Shown: positions 59,171-64,000 of the stretch, in pieces
How the letters are laid out: each line of letters opens with the position of its first letter
Numbering within the stretch: the first letter of the stretch is position 1
Source of the DNA: Nitrospira sp.
GTDB taxonomy: Bacteria > Nitrospirota > Nitrospiria > Nitrospirales > Nitrospiraceae
Length of the DNA stretch: 64,000 nt
NCBI GenBank assembly: GCA_024331095.1
Contig: JANDJE010000003.1
Location: 35,768 to 99,767, forward strand
Direction of reading: 5' to 3'
Position numbers and translations under genes: made by a program
Notes under the pieces: generated by a model
What the model saw: the letters and a program-made list of their open reading frames with translations, nothing else
Told to the model about the DNA's origin: nothing
Database searches by the model: none

Positions 59171-59272
59171 CGTGTGAAGTCGCTCGCCGGACAGGTTGCT
59201 TGTCAACAGTATACCGGAATCGCTTAGAATTGGTCATCTCGTGAACGGATCCGCCGATGACGCCGGGCCTGT

Positions 59273-59636
59273 TTGCAGCGGCAAGCGCGGCAGACAGTGT
59301 GCAGAGATCAGCACTTTGCATTGGAATCACTGGAACCCCGTGTCTTCTTGTCCGTTTCCGTCGCGGATGCGGTGGCGGTGAAATTGAATACGATGTTCGG
59401 TCCCAATATGCAATTTGTGGTGACGTTATCGGAGGCGAGCGCGGCGCCGGCGACGGTGGCGTACCAGACGGTGAGTGGTACGGCGCCGGAGAGTGAAGTC
59501 GAGGACTAGCGGCGGACGGCAAGGACGCTGACGCGCAATCGGCACGATTCAGGATAACGACGGCACGGGCAACCAGCCGGGGCTGTTCGTGGATGACGTG
59601 GGGGTGGTGGAGGATAACAGCGGGACGCGGCAGGCG
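59273..59636 (+). pseudogene. LEPRxLL + Calx-beta extracellular protein remnant
   Basis: ESLEPRVFLS; FVVTLSEAS..ATVAYQTVSGTA..ED*; AIGTIQDND..LFVDDVGVVEDNSGT. Confidence 0.7.
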
Positions 59637-60401
59637 GGAGGCATGGCGACCGGTTTGGACACGGCGCGGTTGGAAAGCCAATTGGAGCACGAACGACAGC
59701 GGCTTGAGCTGGCAAGGGGAGAAGTGGATCGAGCAAAATTCGCCCTGCTCAATTCGATTGGCATCGGCTACGAGGCGACGCTCCAACTGACGGATCAACT
59801 GAAGCCGCACCAAGGGACGGTTCCATCAGTGGAAGAAGTCATGGATCTGGCCGCCGCCCATCGGCCGGAATTGAAAGCTCAATTGCAACGGATCAGAACG
59901 GCGGAATTGGTTCTCCGATCCGTCAAGAGCGAGCGGCTTCCCTCGATGTCGGCGGAAGGAAACTACGGTCTGATCGGAAACAAATTCGACAACAATACCG
60001 CCACCTACAACGTCGGCGTCCAGCTCTCGGTTCCGATTTTCGACGGCGGGCAACGGGAGGGCCGGATCGATCAAAGCGCAAGCGAGTTCAACCAGGAACG
60101 GTACAGGCTGGCGTTGATCAAAAATCAGATCGGTATGGAAGTGCGGGACGCGATCGTGACGTTAAAAGCCGCGATGGAACAATACCGCATTGCGGAAAAC
60201 GGGTTGAAGGTCGCACTCAAGGAACTGGCGTTGGCCCGCGAGCGGATCAGAACATTGAGCTCCAACACGCTGGAACTGTCGAACGCGCTGTTTTCCGTGG
60301 TGCGGGCGAAGGACAACATGATCGATGCCCTGTTCCGCGTCAACGCCTCCCGCGTCAATCTGGCCAGGGCTCAAGGGCAGGCAGACCAGCTCCGGAACTA
60401 G
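59637..60401 (+). pseudogene. TolC-family outer membrane efflux protein, 5'-truncated
   Basis: GMATGLDTAR, HRPELKA, GVQLSVPIFDGG, LARAQG; lacks signal peptide and most of first repeat. Confidence 0.8.
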
Positions 60402-61780
60402 GCGGCGGAGGTGGCCAACCTTCGTCGCGGATGGCGCGTCATGAGGATGCCGTCTTTCGGCCGCAAGGTCACCATCAGCTGCGGCTCGACTCGCTCTTGG
60501 GCCAGCCGCAAGTCATACCGTTGCCCGATCAAGGCCAGGAGCAACGGGCCCTCAAGCAACGCAAAGTGCGTTCCCACACAGGCTCTCGGTCCCGCTCCAA
60601 AGGGGATGTAGGCACAGCGGGAGAAGGATCGGTCTCCCTTGAGCCATCGTTCCGGTAGCAATCGGTCCGGGTCCGGCCAAAAGGCGGGATGTCGGTGCAG
60701 ATTGTAGGTGCCGATCAACACCACCGAACCGGCCGGAAGCGTCAGGCCGCCGACGGTCGTCTCCGTCGCCGCCTTTCGCTGGATGGCCGGAGCGGGAGGA
60801 AACAGGCGCAGTGATTCGTCAAAGAGGGCTCGTGTATAGGGCAGGTTGGGCAGATCGTCCGCCGTCGGCCTCTTATCTCCGAGCACGTGATCCAACTCTT
60901 CGTGAAACCGGGCCTTCACGTCTGGATGGGTCGCCAGGAGATACCAGGTCCAGGCCAACGCGTTGGCGGTGGTTTCGTGTCCCGCCGCGAAAATCGTCAA
61001 CGCCTCGTCCCGCAGTTCCCGATCGGTCAAGCCGGCGCCGGTTTCTTCGTCACGCGCGTCAAGGAGACGATCCAGAAGATCGTCATGCCGCGCGCCGCTT
61101 CGACGACGTTCTGCGATCAGATCGTAGATCAACCCGTCCAGAAACGCTGTGACCTGATGAAATTCGCGGTTTCGTCTGGTCGGCAACCACGTCGGTGGAT
61201 GGAGCGGATTGTGAAACGAGTCGAACGCGTAGCGCAAACTCACGCGCAACGCACGGCCGATGTGATCGAGATGGTGAGCGACGCTGGTGGTGAACATGGT
61301 GTGGGAGATCACCTCGAGCGTCAGCGCCATCATTTCGGCGGCGATGTCGATCGGTCGTTCCGTCTGGTTCGGCCAGCCGGCGATGCGCTGCTCGCCGATT
61401 TGGACCATCCGATCGGCCATCGCCGTGAGCCGTGCCCGATGAAAGATCGGCTGGATGATCCGGCGATGGCGCTTCCAGACCTCTCCCGAACTGGTGACCA
61501 GGCCGTTGCCCAGAACCAATGCGAGTCCGACCGGCCGCCGAGGGTCGTACACTTTTACAAACCGGTCGGCTTGTCGGACCAGAATCTCTTCAGCCAGATC
61601 CGGATGGCTGAACAGGTGAAGTGTCTTAGGGCCAAGGCGAAAACATAGGGCGTCGCCGTACCGGCGCCACCACTCGGCCATGGTCCGGAGCGGATCTTTT
61701 TTGAAGATGCCAGCGTGGCCGAACAGCGGCAGGCCGCCCGGCACATCCACCAGTTTGAAAGAAGATCCAGAATCGGACAT
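60398..61780 (-). CDS. Cytochrome P450
   Basis: AAGHETTA I-helix, ESLR (ExxR), PERW, PFGAGPRACVG heme Cys. Confidence 0.96.
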   Translation of the reverse strand: MSDSGSSFKLVDVPGGLPLFGHAGIFKKDPLRTMAEWWRRYGDALCFRLGPKTLHLFSHPDLAEEILVRQADRFVKVYDPRRPVGLALVLGNGLVTSSGEVWKRHRRIIQPIFHRARLTAMADRMVQIGEQRIAGWPNQTERPIDIAAEMMALTLEVISHTMFTTSVAHHLDHIGRALRVSLRYAFDSFHNPLHPPTWLPTRRNREFHQVTAFLDGLIYDLIAERRRSGARHDDLLDRLLDARDEETGAGLTDRELRDEALTIFAAGHETTANALAWTWYLLATHPDVKARFHEELDHVLGDKRPTADDLPNLPYTRALFDESLRLFPPAPAIQRKAATETTVGGLTLPAGSVVLIGTYNLHRHPAFWPDPDRLLPERWLKGDRSFSRCAYIPFGAGPRACVGTHFALLEGPLLLALIGQRYDLRLAQERVEPQLMVTLRPKDGILMTRHPRRRLATSAA

Positions 61781-61853
61781 GACGGGGCGGACCGTACCAC
61801 ATTCCCGCATGAGCATCAAATTGAACGACGATGTCTCCGTGCGCTTGCGGCTG

Positions 61854-62099
61854 TCAAGACGTTGTGATCCGTCGGCCCATCTCGATCTTCGCGACCCGTT
61901 CCAGCCGAGCCAGTCGCTTGATCAGCGCCTGACCCTTGCGGGTTCCACCGCCGATCAGCCCGGCCTGCCGATTCTTCCAACGGGGCCGTCGGCCTTGAAA
62001 CAACGTCCAACGAGGCGAGCGTCCGACCTCGCGAAGGGTTTGCGTGAGCGGAGCAGTAGGAAGATCGAGAGAACGTGGTTGCTCTTTGAGCCAAGTCAT
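61854..62099 (-). CDS. Basic 81-aa hypothetical protein upstream of P450
   Basis: Perfect AGGAGGTGA SD just before ATG. Confidence 0.65.
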   Translation of the reverse strand: MTWLKEQPRSLDLPTAPLTQTLREVGRSPRWTLFQGRRPRWKNRQAGLIGGGTRKGQALIKRLARLERVAKIEMGRRITTS

Positions 62100-62320
62100 G
62101 GGTCACCTCCTATGGGAAGGCCATCACTATGGCATCATGAGATTATGGGCGAATAACGCCGATGTTACGGCTGCATCACGAATGATTCGGGGTTGGAGCA
62201 AGAGATTGCAATGAAAGAGCCCCCAGCCGATGGGTAATCTTATGACCGGACTTGAACGCCGCATGGTGCGATCCCGGAACGGCTTCTTGAATTGATGCCG
62301 GAGAGTGTTATCTAGAAATA

Positions 62321-62852
62321 GGTGGAGGTTTCGGTGAGAGGAACAAACAAAAGAAAGAGGTCGAGTGTAGGGGCGGTGAGCAGGCCCACCGGAGAGTGGG
62401 AAGCCTAAAACCCCTCCAAGGCCTCAAAGGTCGAGAAAGCTCTCTGAACCAGCCTCCGCCGGAAAAGGGAGAAAAAGGGAGGGGTGCGGCGCTCATGGAA
62501 GGTTGGCAACCAAGGAAAGGACTCACTCTTCCGGTGCCAGCGTGCGAAAGGATTTCTTCTCTGTTGGAGGAGCGGGATGAAGGTTCGAGGTACGCGCCTG
62601 TGACCCTCGGTGCCAGTAGGCACGGCCGTTAGATGCGAGCCCGATGACCACGGCGCGGGGCAACCAGCGAAAGGCGACTGGAGGGTTGCCGGACGGCATC
62701 CTGGGGAGTCACCTCAAGGGAGGAGAACCCCGGAAGAGTGAGGGCAAAAGTTGAGAGGAGAAGTAAGAAGAAGTGGCGTGCGGGCTCAGAAAATCGAGAG
62801 CTGTCTGAAGGTGATGAAAGACAAAGAAAAGGGCCTGCATCCCGCTTTTTTT
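62321..62852 (+). ncRNA. Candidate large structured non-coding RNA (unclassified)
   Basis: Three nested multi-helix domains with G-U pairs and A/G-rich linkers, 13-bp perfect long-range helix, ends in stem + T7; no credible ORF. Confidence 0.55.
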
Positions 62853-62922
62853 ATGAGGGGCTCACAGGGTATCCATCTCGCAAGAAGTCATCGAGAGGAC
62901 TTCTCTCAGAAAGGGAGAAGGG

Positions 62923-62998
62923 TGGTGCGCCCGACAGGACTTGAACCTGTAACCCCCAGATCCGTAGTCTGGTGCTCTATCCATTGAGCTACGGGCGC
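62923..62998 (-). tRNA. tRNA-Arg (anticodon ACG)
   Basis: gcgcccg acceptor stem, D-arm TAGCTCAATGGATAGAGC, anticodon arm ccaga-ctACGga-tctgg, T-loop GGTTCAAGTCC, encoded CCA; 76 nt. Confidence 0.97.
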
Positions 62999-63103
62999 AC
63001 GGTCATTGTGCGACAGGAACTGAAAACTACCGTTCGGTCGCCCGTGGTTATACAGGTGTCCGAGAGAGGGGGTCAAGGGGAGAAGGTAAGCGGTCGGTTT
63101 CGC

Positions 63104-63298
63104 TCACCCTCCTGAGATCACCGGCCGAATTTCAATCTGATCCTGGTCGGAAAGCAGCTCGTCCTCGGTCACCAACTCGTCGCCGCGGATTACCAAGTGC
63201 GCCTCGCTCATGAGGCGAAGCTCGCGGAGCACATCCTTGACCTTTTTAGGACCTTTGACCTCCACCGTTCGCGAAGGATGGCTCAGTTGGACGCGCAT
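63104..63298 (-). CDS. MoaD/ThiS-family sulfur carrier protein
   Basis: 64-aa ubiquitin-like protein ending IRPVISGG. Confidence 0.88.
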   Translation of the reverse strand: MRVQLSHPSRTVEVKGPKKVKDVLRELRLMSEAHLVIRGDELVTEDELLSDQDQIEIRPVISGG

Positions 63299-63393
63299 GA
63301 GGCGATCATAGGCTGTCGGCGGAGGGATGTGCAAGGTGGGCTTTCAAATGGCGGAGAAAAGAGTGTGTAGGAAGAAGAGATCAGGAAGGCCTA

Positions 63394-64000
63394 TCAATGC
63401 CCGTAGAGCAGGCGCGCTTGAACGTACGCCAATCCCTCTTCAAGGGTTGAAAACTTGCCGTCGAGTTGTGCCTCGTAACAGGTTTCAAGCAGTCGGCCCA
63501 TGTCGGGGCCCGGCGTGATTCCCAATGCCAGCAGGTGCCGGCCCATCACGATCGGGGGAGGAGCCTGAGCATCCACCTCCAGCCGTTTCGCGCGATCCAA
63601 CAGCCATTTGCCGGCCGGGAAGCCGTCGAAGGGTTTTGGCGGGCGCCCGGCGTGGTCGGCCCTGGCGACTCGAACCAATCGGTCGATGCGTTGAACCTGT
63701 CTGGCCAGTCTCCTGACGGCGACGTCGGATGCCTGAGCATCGTAAAGTTGTCGAGGACGAAGGTGATACAGCACAAGGGAAATGACGTCATCGATGAGTC
63801 GTTGCTGGTTGGTGAGTCTTTCGAGAAATCGCCTTGTGGGCGCCTCTCCTTGCTCTTCGTGACCGTGCGAGGTCACGCGCCCACTGTCATCGGCTGTGGT
63901 GAGAGGCTTGCCGAAATCGTGACAGAGCACGGCCAGCCCGACGACGAGGTCGTCCGTTTCGTGGCCGGTTCGCTCACCTGCGTACCAATCCAAACAATGA
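63394..64000 (-). CDS. CCA-adding/poly(A) polymerase family protein with HD domain, C-terminal part
   Basis: LCHDFGKP, GHEEQG, GRHLLALGITPGPDMG, YEAQLDG; runs off window edge. Confidence 0.85.
   Translation of the reverse strand, partial: HCLDWYAGERTGHETDDLVVGLAVLCHDFGKPLTTADDSGRVTSHGHEEQGEAPTRRFLERLTNQQRLIDDVISLVLYHLRPRQLYDAQASDVAVRRLARQVQRIDRLVRVARADHAGRPPKPFDGFPAGKWLLDRAKRLEVDAQAPPPIVMGRHLLALGITPGPDMGRLLETCYEAQLDGKFSTLEEGLAYVQARLLYGH

Noticed and set aside
57059-59509. Amber recoding, since two TAGs fall where Tyr is expected (LuxR, Calx-beta)
   Set aside because: Both genes also carry frameshifts or deletions, and many intact genes here end in TAG; simple nonsense mutations suffice.
62321-62920. 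RNase P RNA, tmRNA, or group I/II intron identity for the structured region
   Set aside because: No GAGGAAAGTCC core, no tRNA-like ends, no domain V or P7 consensus seen; GTGCG at 62484 alone is insufficient.
62308-62987. Short ORFs (62308-62526, 62396-62632, 62405-62623, 62738-62944, 62751-62987)
   Set aside because: Low-complexity translations, no convincing starts, some overlap the tRNA.
41984-62998. tadA and its substrate tRNA-Arg(ACG) in the same window
   Set aside because: 20 kb apart with unrelated genes between; likely coincidence.
56900-62998. tRNA-anchored integrative element or prophage
   Set aside because: No integrase, transposase or phage gene, and I noticed no duplicate of the tRNA 3' end (manual search, not exhaustive).
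1-64000. CRISPR array or long tandem repeats
   Set aside because: No regularly spaced direct repeats or cas genes seen.

Overview
A GC-rich window most consistent with a comammox Nitrospira genome (inferred from gene content). Its core is a complete cytochrome c maturation operon (ccmABCDEFGHI) directly upstream of the hydroxylamine oxidation cluster haoA-haoB-cycA-cycB; no amo genes lie in this window. Around it are housekeeping genes (dprA end, topA, pilT, prmA-like, HU, thiD, tadA, glgB, a CCA/HD enzyme end, tRNA-Arg(ACG)), an ECF sigma/anti-sigma pair, a YaiO/HEAT/GT2 polysaccharide-type cluster, two MOSC proteins and many hypotheticals. A decayed patch at about 57.0-60.4 kb holds a LuxR pseudogene, a collapsed Phd-RelE toxin-antitoxin, a nucleotidyltransferase pair, and a planctomycete-style LEPRxLL/Calx-beta remnant fused to a headless TolC. 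The strongest unexplained signal is a roughly 530-600 nt, purine-rich, heavily nested-helix sequence (62321-62852/62920) with no credible ORF, converging on tRNA-Arg. It looks like a large structured ncRNA that matches no class I recognise. Also found: two convergent ~30-aa membrane micro-proteins missed by the ORF track, and a frameshifted, codon-anomalous ChdC/Cld-family gene. All calls come from reading motifs by eye; no database searches were run.
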